From NCBI GenBank assembly GCA_011109175.1, contig RDEW01000009.1, forward strand, positions 454,875 through 518,874: 64,000 nt of DNA, read 5' to 3'. The notes under the pieces were generated by a model that was not told the origin of the DNA, ran no database searches, and was given only the letters and a program-made list of their open reading frames with translations. The stretch's first letter is position 1; the number at the start of each line of letters is the position of its first letter. The stretch is from Dicyema japonicum. Taxonomy: Eukaryota > Animalia > Dicyemida. This document shows, one piece after another, positions 13,471 through 25,889 of this stretch. Made by a program: the position numbers and the translations under genes.

Positions 13471-16400
13471 ATCTTCCAGACACGTTGCATTGAACGTAGT
13501 CGTTATGGGAGCTTTGGATGCTGCCGGACACCGATATAATGCTAGGGCTTGCTGTTGAGACGTCAGGAATCCTTTGCCCACAAGCGGACGATCTAGTCTG
13601 TAAGATCAGCTCAATGACCAAAATAGCTCCGCTCATGCATGCCACACACTTTATTTAATTAAAAAATAGTTAATAACTAATCGTAGAGGGAGAAGGAATT
13701 TTCTTTTTGTTGGGTGTATGTTCTTTATAGACGATCCGGTTCGATGATGTCGTCACTCGTCAAGTCAAATAATCGTATATTATTTATTTAATAACCCCGA
13801 AAAAGGGAACACCAAGAAAGAAGGAGTAAACCAACTAATTAAGTGATCCCGGTACGCCTCAAAAGGATCGAGAGTATATGGTGGAACCTTCAATTACAGT
13901 GATACGTTTATTGATGCTCTATACCAGTTATCGGACAGTTAATCAAAAATTAAATTAAATTAAATTATTAACCCCGGCTTCGCCAGCAAGTGGGAAGCCG
14001 GCGACCATCAAAGAGCGTGCAGTCCGGACAGGCCGCTCCCAGAGATCCTCGACTTTTGCATCCGGTGGTCCAGGGCAGGGAAAAAGGTCTCGAACTACTC
14101 TGCCAGCCAGAAAAGGGTGGTGTCCACATCGTAGGCGAGCCAGTCCGATTCTGATCTTCCTCGGGAGCGATTGTTCCGTTGGACTGATATCAGGGGGGAA
14201 GCGCTCCAAGACTTTGTTATATTGAAGTGTCCTAATGGCCCGTGTTGAGATAAAATCATGGATTCGGCGGGTCCAAGTTGAGTCTTCTTGAGGGGGGGTG
14301 ATCTTCGACAAGGCTCTTTGTAGGTCAAAGAGGGTCCTGCGTATGTATCTGCGGTTATTGTTACTTAGCAAAGCGTGAACTGGGTGATTCGGGTCGAACG
14401 ACTGCCGTAGGAATTGTAAATTACGCATTTCCAGGTGGTCATAGAGCGGGAGGATTTTCGACTCCCAATGTAAATGGTCGGTGGGGGTTGACTTTAACAG
14501 CCAGTTATTATTCTCAGCGCCGAGTTTTGCACTTTCTGCAGTTCTTGAGAAAGGGACAAGGAGATTGAGGGGGCCCAACTTGGTGAGGCGTAGTTGAGTG
14601 TAGTCCTGATGAACTGTTTGTAGAGAAGAGTTAAGTTTTCTTTTTGCTGACCGTTTGAGTGGCCAGCTACTGCCCGTAATATGTTAAGTTTCCGCTTGGC
14701 TTTTGTCATTACTTCCTCCACTTGTCTGTTGAAACAGAGTGAAGGATCGAAGACAACTCCAAGGATCTTCGGGTATTTATTTAAGGGGAGTGGTTCGTCA
14801 CCCAACGAGAGTGTGGGGTTTAGGTTGAATTGTCTTCGATCGGTTGTGAACAGGGTAGCTGATGACTTCGAGGTGGAAACACTCATCCAGTTTAAGTTCA
14901 TCCAGTCGGATAGCAAGTTCAGGTGGTACTGCACTTTTTCGGTGGCCAGTCGAACATCGCCACTCCTGGATGCGATTACTAGATCATCGGCATATGTCAA
15001 TAGTAACGTATTTTGGGTTGTTGGGATGTCTTTGACGTAAAGGTTGAAAAGTGAGGGTGAAAGGACTGATCCCTGGGGAACACCGTTTGGTAGGAGTCGA
15101 TATCTTGATAGATTTGAATATAGACACGTATGACCCAGTCTTCCCGAGAGGAAATTTGTGAGCCATGACTTCCATACAGAGGGAATATTTGAAGAATAGA
15201 TCTTGTTGCAGAGGACCACACGGGAGATTCTGTCGAAAGCTTTAGTTAGGTCAATAGAGGCCAAGACAGTTCGTTCCGGGGGTTTGCAGTTGTTGAAACC
15301 GTTGGAGATGTATTGGGTTAGTGTCAGTAAGTGCGTGGTGGTCGAGTGTAAAGGACGGAAACCATGTTGTGAGTCGGAGAGGTCGAGGTAGGGGGTGATT
15401 TCGTTAAGAATGATCCTTTCGAGGATTTTTGAGACAACAGATGTTAAGGAAATTGGCCTGAACGAAGAGGGCAAGGAGGAGGCTTTGTTGTTCTTGAGTA
15501 TTGGGATAATGTTCGACTTCTTCCATAACATCGGGATGAAACACCTGTTGATGGAGAATTCGTAGATATCTTTAAGTGCCAAGAGCCCGTTTGGACCGAG
15601 GTGCTTTAGGTGGAATATGCTGATCCGATCGGGTCCCGTGGCTGGTGAGTTTCTTGAGTTTGTAATGAGGTTTTGAACATGACTTATTGATACTTCGAAT
15701 CGTGCCTTTGTTACCCTTGGGGGTTTAGTAATATGAGGTCGATTTTCTTTATTCATTGGAATATGACTCATTTTGCAATAGTGAGTCATCAAGTCATTTG
15801 CCTGGCAGTGGAAATCTTTCGTTTGGTTGTCCTTTCCAAGTCTACCTCCATGGGTTGTGCTCGATTCGGTTTGATTTGATTGTATTTCTCTGATAAATCT
15901 CCAGAAACTTTGGGGTTTTGATTTTGGATTCAATCGAGAGACGAAAGTGGACCACTTCTCCTTTTTGAGCTCCGTAATGAGGTGGGTTATCTTCTTGTTT
16001 AGGGAAGAAATTTCATCTTGGAGTTGCTGGTTGGTTGTTCGGGAACGTTTTAGGCGTCTTCTCTCACAGATGAGATCCAATATTTCTTTGTTGAAAAATA
16101 GTTTGTAATCATGGATGAATCCTTTAGGGACGTGCTTTCTATCCGCCGAAAGGATGGCTGAGTTGAAATGTGCAATGGCTTTGTCTGGAGAGGTAAAATT
16201 ATTCACAGAGAAGTTTTCCAGCGACGTTTCGACGTCAACCGTGAAGTCGATCCATCTCGCCCTTTTGTAGTTCACATAGGTTCGCCTCGACATAGTTCGT
16301 CCGAAATGCAAGAAGATGTCGATCAGAATAGGGTTATGATCTGAGGGTAAGTCATATCTGACATCCCAGTAGATCGATTTTGCAAGGGGAGCTGAGCATA

Positions 16401-16995
16401 TGGAGAGGTCGGGAGACGTGTTAGGATCCCCAGGGCGTGTTCCACATCTCGTGTGTTGGCGGGGGTTATTCAATATCACTAGGTGTTCCAGTTCAGAGAT
16501 CACTTGTTTCCCTCTGTGGTCCGAATTCTGGTTTCGGAACCATAGTGGATCTTTAGCGTTTAGATCGCCGCAAATAACTATGTTTTCGTATAGTTGAAGG
16601 AATTCTAGGTTTGGTCGGTAACTCTTCTGGCAGCAAGACGAAGGGGGAATGTAGATATTCAGAATTGTGTAAGGAGTTGACATAATATTGATGGTGATGG
16701 ATAGCAATTCCATATGTTTATCAGAAGCCGCTGTCAATGTGTGGTCAGTGGTATCCGTGAATGGGATGGAGTTGTGAATGAGGGTGACCAGGCCACCACC
16801 GTGAGATCCATTTGATCGCTCAGAACGGAGCAAAGAGTAGTTTTTGAATTTTGGTGTTTGGGAGAAGGCAGACAAACGTGACTCCTGTAGAAGGGCAATG
16901 TCAATACGGTGTTTAACCAAGTACTCAGCCAATTCGGTATGTTTCGAGGTGATTCCATTGATGTTAAGTTGTAAGATTCTGATGGGTCTATTCTG

Positions 16996-17079
16996 CGGCC
17001 CTGGGTTTAGTTCAATGTCACCGGATGTCAGGAGGGATTCTTGGGAGCGAAAGCTTCGTGCCCGCTCAATGGTCGCCAT
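16996..17079 (-). other. 2A-like StopGo (ribosomal skip) peptide upstream of the APE domain
   Basis: MATIERARSFRSQESLLTSGDIELNPG/P matches the D(V/I)ExNPG-P consensus; DIELNPGP spans 16996-17019. Confidence 0.85.
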
Positions 17080-17112
17080 CGAGATCTCCTTGAAGAGAGA
17101 CGATAGGGAAAT

Positions 17113-17190
17113 GATGTGGTTCTTTTTCATGTGTGCTGTGTAGGGCACAGGCACAACCAAATGACACCTCTTGGTGAACCACAACGTCAT
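17113..17190 (-). ncRNA. HDV-topology nested double pseudoknot at the LINE 5' end (candidate variant ribozyme)
   Basis: P1 ATGAC/GTCAT, P2 TGTGGTTC/GAACCACA, P3 ACC/GGT, possible P1.1 AA/TT, P4 TGTG(C)CTGTG/CACAGCACA, J4/2 CATGAAAAA. Folded by eye. Confidence 0.6.
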
Positions 17191-17352
17191 AAAAAAAAAA
17201 CGTGGAAATAATATTAAGAAAATGTACAGCAGTAGGATTCGAACTAAAAAAGTGAAGCAAGAAATGGTATTAAAAACAATAGATTAATTTATTTTATTAT
17301 TTTTAAATGCTTTATAGAATATTTAAATATTAAATTCAACTCGTTTAATCGA

Positions 17353-18831
17353 ATGGTTTTAGTGATGTCTGATAAGTTACTTCCTGATTTTCTAGCATTT
17401 GATAAAGATATTGAAGATCCTACTGTTATGTGGTCTAATCTCTCGAAAGAAGAAATAATTGATATTGGAAGAAGTTTACACCAAGAAAGTAGTTTCGAAT
17501 TACCATATTAGACAAGTTTTACAAGAATCTTGTATATTGTGGGAGCACTGAAAGGTATTCTGCAGTTCTTCAGTTTAGTGAGCCGCTAGACGGGATTGTG
17601 GTTGTTTACTTTGAAAATGAAGCGTCAAGGTTGGGGGTTTCTAATACTAGCAAGTACAAATCGAAAATCGATGCATTTTTTGACGATTTATTAGCAAGAG
17701 ACTCCCAAAAAGTGATTTCTCTTTAAAATTTTAGTCTTCACAGCAGAAGGAACAGCTTAGCGTTTCATCTAAAAAGTCAAAGAAAAGAGTAGTTTTTATC
17801 TCAGTTAGACAAGCCGTATTCAATTCACTATGGGAGATCATTTACAGTCTCAAGCAACAAGAGAAAGTATCCTATGAATATATTTTTTAGGTCCTCGGCA
17901 GTTTCTCCTCCACGTTATGTCATTAACAAATCCAGCACCCCCTTAAAGGAACCGACGGAACCCACCAGGAGAGCTTTTAATAAGAGGTCTTAGCCTTTTT
18001 TACTCCCAGACGGTTTCTCTGTGACTCCCAAGTGATTAACATCGAGTCGTTTAGCAACTTCAAGCCAGGACATATCTCGTATTAGTCTCTTTTTATAGAA
18101 GACCTGAGTTGTGGGCTGCTTTGGGACTGAGGAAAGGGGAACTTCCCATGCATATCTATAAAATGAGGATTTTCGGTTATCCCCCAGGTTGGGAGAAGAG
18201 TTTGTTGCAGAAAGGGGATATTTCCGTAAATTCCGTAATTAGTTATCACGGATTCAACGTTCCACCTCATCAAAATTCAATTGACGTTATTTTATTGGTT
18301 ATTTTTAGAAAAGTTCTCATTATGGGCTTCCCCCCTATTCAGGGAGTTGGTCAAAGAAAAACTATTTGTTTTATCTGAACGATTATATAAAAAAGAACCC
18401 TCTACCCCCATCAAATATTGAATCTTTAACAATGTACTCTTCTATTAACTTATTATAGTGACCCATCAGGTAGTACTCCTCCAAAGTAGTGGTCTGTTTG
18501 CTTATTATAGTGACCCCATGTCCAATAGTCCAACTCAAGAGTATTCTTACTTGTTATGATTTAGACGTTGGGAATGTCTACAGTCACCCCCACGTGTGAA
18601 CTCTCCCCCAAAGTAGTTTACTGGATTATTAGTAGTTCCATTGGAATAAGCACTCTGATTGGATTGGAGTCTACTTTATTGATAAAAGGAAAGGAGTCTC
18701 TTCCACCAATGGAGAACTTTTCGGATGGATTGATGCCATTGGTGTTGGATGATAAGGAGGTTAAGAGTGGTGGAGGTTATGCCCGATGTATGAAGGTGTT
18801 GTCCAATTATGTTAATAAACATAAAATTTAA
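17353..18831 (+). CDS. ZCCHC8: ZCCHC8-like NEXT-complex subunit (PSP domain), multi-exon
   Basis: Spliced FKPGHISPELWAALGLRKGELPMHIYKMRIFGYPPGW (PSP domain). C-terminal LPPMENFSDGLMP...GGGYARCMKVL resembles the ZCCHC8 C-terminal motif. Start and internal exons are uncertain. Confidence 0.7.
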
Positions 18832-18979
18832 GTACTTTTAATAAATTTATTAAATCTGACCTATAAATCTCTCATATTAACAATATTCGTTAGAAAAACC
18901 TTATTATGACCTTGTTAGAAACGTCATAAATTTATCGTTGAGTCATTAGTAGGCGTGATAAAGCTAAGTTTTTATTATA

Positions 18980-19050
18980 ATTGGAATGGCATACTTCGAG
19001 GGAACTCGTTCGCAATCCACGCAGCCGGCTTCCTCAACTAGCATTTGTTA
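18980..19050 (+). mobile_element. Very short CRE-family-A 3' fragment
   Basis: GGAACTCGTTCGCAATCCACGCAG..GGCTTCCTCAACT encodes the ILRGNSFAIHAAGFLN C-terminus; the same sequence occurs at 20665, 56860, 57055 and 59075. Confidence 0.8.
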
Positions 19051-19109
19051 AAAAATTATTTATTATAAAAAAAAATTTTTTTAGTGTCGGAAAAGTTTTA
19101 TTGACGAAA

Positions 19110-19175
19110 GAAAATAGAGTAATGGTTATATAGAAGCTGCCCTGACTGCGTGGCTAAATTATTACAACAAATTAT
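19110..19175 (-). mobile_element. Very short CRE-family-B 3' fragment, tail-to-tail with the family-A fragment
   Basis: Reverse complement TAGCCACGCAGTCAGGGCAGCTTCTATATAA (SHAVRAASI*). The same family occurs at 63340-63420. Confidence 0.7.
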
Positions 19176-19179
19176 TATT

Positions 19180-20600
19180 TTACTATCAAATAAATATTAA
19201 ACAGCATGTAGTTTACACGTTTTTTGTATGCCACGTATTTCTAAGTCTTCTCTGACTAAAGCAACATTAATTTGTTATGAAGTTCCAAGAGAATTTCAAT
19301 TACATAATAACCATGAGTTATTTTGTAAACTATCCTTAACGACAGTAAAGTGCTCAAAAAACACTTTGTTAACCTTCACAGGTTGTCCAAGAAACATAAA
19401 ATCTCAGTTGGTAAGGATTTTTCGATGATATAGATAGATCGTTTGACAACATTTATCCAACAAAAATTAAATGAATCTGAAGTTGGAAACTGGGATTTGA
19501 AGGTGACTAAGGCTCTTCTGAAATGTGACATTCCGCTTAACAAATTATCAATGCCTTTGTTCATTGATCTTTTCAAAAGCAACCAAATTTCCCTTCCTTC
19601 GCAATCGCAAGCAAGGAACTGTGCCAAATATATTACAAATGAATACATAGCTTCGTTCAGGGGCACATTCAAGTATTTCATCAAATTTTATTTTCTAGAA
19701 AACAAAAGATTTTTGCGATAACCGATGAAACTCAAATCCGAAACAAACGATATGTCGCTGTTTTGATGGGATCAATCAAACTGCCTAAAATTACTTATTT
19801 GGTCTCATTCAAACCAATTGAGTCTGCACCTACAAAAAATATTTATAGCACAGATTGTTGATGATCCGAAATATAATGGTTGAACGGGATAGTTTTATGA
19901 TTTTTATTTCTAATGCTGCAAAATATATGACAGCCGGTATTCTATAATTCATTTATGATTTAGCTGGGAAAATTTATATCCTAATTTTTTAATGTCATTT
20001 GTGTCGCCCATATTTTGCATAATTGTTCAATGGAGGTCAGAAATTCTTATCCAGAAGTAGATGATGTGATGGTTAGCATACAAGCTTCTATTAGGAAGTA
20101 CAAAAAACCGAAAATTGTTGTTTTCCGAAATTGAAATTCCTCTCAAAGTCCTATTGACGAGATGGGGTACCTGGTTGAAGGCTGCATCTGTTTATTCAAA
20201 AAATTTAATCCCAGTGATTAAAATTTTTGAGTTAATTGAGGACGAAAGCATTTTAGTATTTCTACGAAGAATGCATCGACAAGTGAAAAAATAGTACAGA
20301 GCTTATGCGCTATTTCGCATAACTATTCACATATCCAGGTTGTTCTTAAATAGTAATTTATAGAAAATAACGAGTTTACAATAGAGTACGCATATTCGAC
20401 GCATAGTGCAATAGATTTTGGGAAAGGTGAAACAGGGGTCAAACAATATTGGAGAAGAGAGTTTTGGAAAGCGACCTAACTAAAATTATTAATATGGAAG
20501 AATTTTCATGTCGTTCTCACATTTTTATACGTCGTTTTACCTTTTTATCACACATCTATAAAATACAATTAGAAAATATTTATAAATATATCAGTAAATG
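19180..20600 (+). mobile_element. hAT-like (CGGBP1/DUF659-type) transposase remnant
   Basis: MPRISKS...REFQLHNNHELFCKL, VTKALLKCDIPLNKL and DETQ motifs in broken frames. A highly similar internally deleted copy lies at 56290-56860. Confidence 0.65.
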
Positions 20601-20664
20601 AATTTTTAGAAAAGTACACACAATAAAAGTAGAATTTTTAGAAAATTATAAAACCTAAAAAGTA

Positions 20665-20760
20665 GAGGCTAAGACAAAAGATTGGAATAGCCATACTCCG
20701 AGGGAACTCGTTCGCAATCCACGCAGCAGGCTTCCTCAACTGACATTTGTTTAATTGTTA
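20665..20760 (+). mobile_element. CRE-family-A 3' fragment
   Basis: GGCTAAGACAAAAGATTGGAATAGCCATACTCCGAGGGAACTCGTTCGCAATCC...CAACTGACATTTGTTTAATTG followed by an A-rich tail. Confidence 0.85.
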
Positions 20761-20849
20761 AAAAAAATTTTTTTAAAGAAAAAAAATAATAAAAAAATAA
20801 AACCTAATGAAAATATTTATAATAAATCGAAAAAAATTAGACAATTCAC

Positions 20850-21330
20850 AAATGTATCGTCTACTACGGCACACAAACCGGAAGGAACGAATAATCATCA
20901 AAGACAAAAATGGCAAGACAATACTGAATACTGAAGAGCAAGCGGAGGTATTTGCAAAACTTATCTCCTTAAATATTCGGATATAACGCGTTCATACAAC
21001 CAGTCCTATTATATATTTCGGGAACACGGGGAACATCAAAAATGGACCTTGAAAGACTAGACACATTTCATAGACATCAATTGAGAAAAATTGCGGGAAT
21101 CAAATGGCCACAGATATCAAAAACGAAAATATTCGTTCCTCGTGGATTATTAAAGTTATACAATGAAAACTCGATCAGAACACTAAATCATTAGAGAAAG
21201 AAACCGCCTAAAAAGGACGTATTTTCCTTTCCCGGACAGAAAAATCAAAAAGGATTAGAAGAGCTGAAGCCAACAAATGGACAAACGGTCTAAAAAGCAA
21301 TCAAACAATTTGCATCCCCAGTTACCGGGG
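20850..21330 (+). mobile_element. RTE-like LINE remnant
   Basis: KDKNGKTILNTEEQ and FHRHQLRKIAGIKWP motifs in broken frames. Confidence 0.5.
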
Positions 21331-21339
21331 CTCTTCTAT

Positions 21340-22910
21340 ATGATAGCTGTAAGACTTTCCATTTTTGAAGACCATTTGTTAACACCTCCGTGTGATTGGA
21401 GAACGTCATAAGAGAGTCGAAAGTCACTCCAAGGAACTTTGAATTCGCGTATAATGGATGGGAATGTTTCCGAGGAATATCTCAAGTCAACATTTAAATC
21501 TTCTGTCCGTAGTAAATAACGTGAACTGGGACTTAGATGCAGACACAGACAGCAAATTCATGGATAGTCAGTCACACACCTGGTTGAGGTGTGACTGAAC
21601 CACCGCCACAGCCCTGAGGGAGATTTGTCTCTTGCAGCGATAATCAGGTCGTCCGCGTAAGATAAAACATGGTGTCCTGATCATTGATGAGAAGGTAGAT
21701 CGTGTAGAATAAGTTAAATAAGAGAGGAGACAGAGGGGAGCCTCGTAGAATTCCATTAGGGAGTAGTCTTGATTTTGAAGTAATTTTTCCAATCCGGACT
21801 CTTCCACGTCGACCATTTAAGATATTTTCCAGCCATAGCATGCTGCTTGAATGTAAATTTGAGTTAAAGATCTTTTTGTTAGGAAACAGAGTCGAAGGCT
21901 TTCTGTATATCTATACACCAGAGCCGTCCGTAAGTGTGTCTTCATGTTGAAGCCGTCTGTGATGAAATGGGAGACAGATCCCAAATACGTCGTTGTAGAA
22001 CGGCCTGATCTGAAGCCATGTTGAAAATCAGGAAATTATAGAACAGGGGAGGTAACATTAGTACAAGTTATGGAGACAGGAGTAATCAATGAGTTCTTCC
22101 ATAGTATTGTTTGGGAATTTATAGAATGGTTGTATAGTCTTGATAACACAATATGAGCCTGAGGTCATAGGTGTTTAAGGTGAATAGCACACAGGCTCCG
22201 GGTTGGTCGTAGAAATTAATAGTTCTTTCCACATTCGTAGAAAGTGAAGAATGTAGTATATATAGTCTGTTGTGGACCACATTGTTTGACATGTAGAGAA
22301 CGAGAGAAATCATTGTGGCTGATCGACAAATAATATTTCATGAGGTTATTAGCGAGTTTCCGTGCATGTTCTGGTACAAGGGTAACGGTTTCCACTCCGC
22401 CGCCATCTTCCAGACGAGTTCTTGTGGCATAGTCGACCAACAAGCTGGCTCCACTTTTGTCCATGTTTATCACTAATTAGTTGGGAAATTCTGCGATGTA
22501 GAGAGCGTATAGAGCCATCTGACTTCATTCCGGTTTTTTTCAAAGCATCCCGTTTCACGATAAGTTCCATGATGCCCGAAGATAGTTGCGGATTGAATTT
22601 TCTGTAAAAGGATAATGAGGTGAACATGCAGTCCGCTTTTCGATAACTAAAGTTAACAGGGAAGTCTTCCACAGCTAGGCCCGATAGACAATTATCTACA
22701 TACGTGCTAAATCCAAACCAATTTGCCTTCGAATAGTTCTTGAACTTTAGAAGATCTTGGCAGACAAATAGATCTTTTGAGTTTCAACACAATTGGGTTA
22801 TGGTCGCTTGTAAAACCATAACGAACATCCCATGAAAGATGTGAGCAAGGGAGGGAGTGCATAATGACTAGTCCGGGGAAATTGGGCAGTCTCCTTTTCG
22901 AGGACTCGGA
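21340..22910 (-). mobile_element. APE-RT LINE remnant
   Basis: SDHNPIVLKL endonuclease end, QHGF, DIQKAFD, GILRGSPLSPLLFNL, YADD-like and FLGVTFDS motifs. Confidence 0.7.
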
Positions 22911-23030
22911 TAGATAGATATTTAGTTTAAATAATTATAATAAGTTTATAACTTTTAATTTAAAAAATATATATTGGCGCTTTATTAAAACCTATCCTGT
23001 GGTGTGCTCTTGTATATTTAAATTTATTAG

Positions 23031-25590
23031 ATGACCGAAACATACAGAGAAGAAATTATTAAGATATTTGACGATTGCCAGTATGAAACCGAATCAATCC
23101 CGAATTTATCAAAAAAATTGCTTAAAATATACATAAAAGTAAAAAATTAGATTAATGTTAGATAAAGTACGACGAATTCGTAACATTATTCGAGAACATA
23201 GTCTTCCACATTTTGCTTGCTCCCCACCAATCACTTCCAGCTCAAAAAGCAATTGACCTCTGCTCTACTTTTTTTCTGTCATTCAAAGATCGCCAAAAAA
23301 AGTTAAGAGTTTTGATCCAAAATCGCCTGCTTACCCACGTAATGAACGTGTGTCTTGAGGTTATAATTAAATTTATTAAAGCATTGTGGAGATAGAAAAA
23401 TGAATATTCGGCTTCATTGTTGTCAATTTTTCAATAAAATATTTTTCATGCTTTCCGATGAGACGGAATTGATGATGAGCTAATATCTCTAATCATCTTT
23501 ACCTTGTTAAACCGTCTAAGTGATACAAAACCACAGGTGAGAATAGAGCTGCCAGATCTCTCAACCGTTTACAAGATCCCAGTAATCCCAATTGTCCTAT
23601 AATTGATGGTAGTGTCAGTTTTAATATCAAGCTTATTTGTTTGTGGTACAACACGACCCCAATAGCACAGTTAGACTGACAGTGTTAGAATCAATGGCTA
23701 TTTGCCCAACCACAATTCATCATTGGTGGATAGAGCTCTAGATACCAGTAATGTAGTGAGAAAATCAGCATTTAACTTGATTGGATCTCGTTCTGAAATG
23801 GGAATGTTTTCTATTCAACAGAGACTTTTTATTTATGGACTGACTGATGGATGTGGTTTTATTGTAATAAAATCTGTTAGGGAAGTATGTGGAAGTAAAA
23901 TGTTAGTGGCTGGGTTATTGTGGGGGTGATGTTATTCAACTGTTGGAACATTTGGATGTGGAAAGTGATTTGGATGTAATTGATATGACATTAAATGTAT
24001 TTTAAAGGAGAAAACTGATAATTTTATTGATAATAGATTTATCAATTTGATTGGGAATGAACAGTTAATAATTGTGTTATTTTAGTCGATTGGTGGATTA
24101 TACTCTCATTAGTGCAGAAGTATCTGTATATTGGCAAACATTGATTTAATTTTGTGGTAAAAGTTTACTGTATGGTATCTTGTGGAAATGAAAGCGAACG
24201 AGAAAATGCTATTATTGACGTCATTGCTGATATTAGGGGTTCGCAGTACTTGAATGAGGACGACATGTGGGATCCTTGGACGTGAGGAAATGAGTGAACT
24301 AAAATTCTCTGTATTTTTATATTTAAACTTCACAGTTGGCTCAATTAAAAGTGCAGAGAATTCAGCTGTCTGACGAAATTTGGGAATTTCACAAAAATGG
24401 GAAGCTTGAGGAGGCTATGGAAACGAACGAAAAGCTGATCCAAGTGGAAGGATAAAATAAAGGACATTGAGAAGATTATGAATCCAATTGTGCTGGATGT
24501 GGAGGTTCTGTGTTATAATATAAAGGCTGTTGAAATTGAATCAATAGCTGTCTTGAAACGTTCTCTTGGAATTTTTATACACTTTATGACAAATGCTAAC
24601 AAAATACACAGTTCCATCTACAGTACTCTCACTTATAGATAATTTGGTTTATTTATTATGTAATTTACAGTTTTTGCCTTCTCTCCAAAATTCTGACGTC
24701 AAAGTATGGGCAATGGCTATAAAGTCTCTTACCTTTTGTTGTCTTAACTCTCGCATGATAGCCGAACGAATTTTTATTTGTTTATTAAAGCAGCACAAAT
24801 TGACGTTGATGAGGTGCGCACGTGGGCTATCATTTCTATTAATGATATAGTTTTAACACATGGATTTGATGTTTTTGATGTGAGGGTTCCTCTAAAGGAG
24901 GAGAATGTTGATTCATCCACTCAGGCAGTTTCCCCCGAAAGCATAATATCCTTGTATAATAGGATATGGGACTCTGAGGATGAGGTTTAATATGCTATTG
25001 ACTATAGACTGACGAAATGAGGGAGATTATCCCTATTGGATTGATGAAACTAATGGTTAGTGGACGAATTCACTCTGCGGATATTGTTTTACGTTTTTTT
25101 AATTATTATTTGACCCCAAGAATGGAAATAATAGAAATATTTCAGCATGTTTTTCCCAATATTTGCATATTTAAGCTTGTATATATTTATTATACATTAT
25201 AGTGATAATAAAGTTCTCATTGAGGAAGTATTTATTCCTGTAATCAAAAATTTATTAAAATATACAACTGATATATCTACGCCTATATCATACATGGCTT
25301 ATTGGTCCTTCCAAACAATCTAATTTTGTATATATTTTATTATGCAGTTGGGCTCACTTCACGGAACTTTGGTTATTCGATTACTCAATGATGTCTTAGA
25401 GGATTTTGATAACCTTAATATTCTGTGCATTCTCAAAAGTATTAATTTATCAGAATTTCCAATTCAGAGTTGAAAATAATTATTGGATAAATTAATTCTG
25501 TAATTATTATTAGCAGTATAATATTAATACAAATTTCTCAATGTCTTTAAGAATAATGTGGATGCTTGACTTCATAAAAACATTAACGAT
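23031..25590 (+). CDS. NCAPG: Condensin I subunit G (Cnd3/HEAT), multi-exon; 3' boundary approximate
   Basis: LLNRLSDTKPQVRI..ARSLNRLQDPSNPNCPII, HDPNSTVR and LVDRALDTSNVVRKSAF match the NCAPG N-terminal HEAT region. Intron 23139-23161 is 23 nt. Two single-base deletions in A-runs near 23470 and 23548 may be assembly errors. Confidence 0.8.
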
Positions 25591-25889
25591 GAAAGCTTTA
25601 ATCATCTTATAACCGATTAATAGTTACTTTGTTTTTTTCCTACGTTTATTCCTACTTAATTATTAAGTTGGTGTGAGGTCATTGTCTATTTCCTCTCACA
25701 GCTCTGTTTGTTTAGATACTTAGGCCAAATCTGCCATATTTTTCGAAGAGTAAGTCACACACGTAGCGTCCTAAAGCAGGTGGTACTGGTGCATTATAGT
25801 ACAACCCAGACTTATAATACTCTCTACGCAATTATTCTTATAAGTGCTCGATTTATTAATTTTTAGCGCTAATAGGTTTGTTTAAGTGG

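Larger units (their letters stand above)
13950..17190 (-). mobile_element. Near full-length Ingi/Vingi-like LINE: single ORF 2A-APE-RT, one frameshift near 14495
   Basis: APE motifs ILQLNING, LLQES, CGDLNAK and SDHNPI. RT motifs QHGFR, DLTKAFD, GVPQGSVLSP, YADD and KILGV. C-terminal ARLRCGHHP and no RNase H. 3' hairpin CCGGCTTC/GAAGCCGG followed by GGTTAATAAT and (TTTAA)n. Clade assignment is inferred from architecture. Confidence 0.9.
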
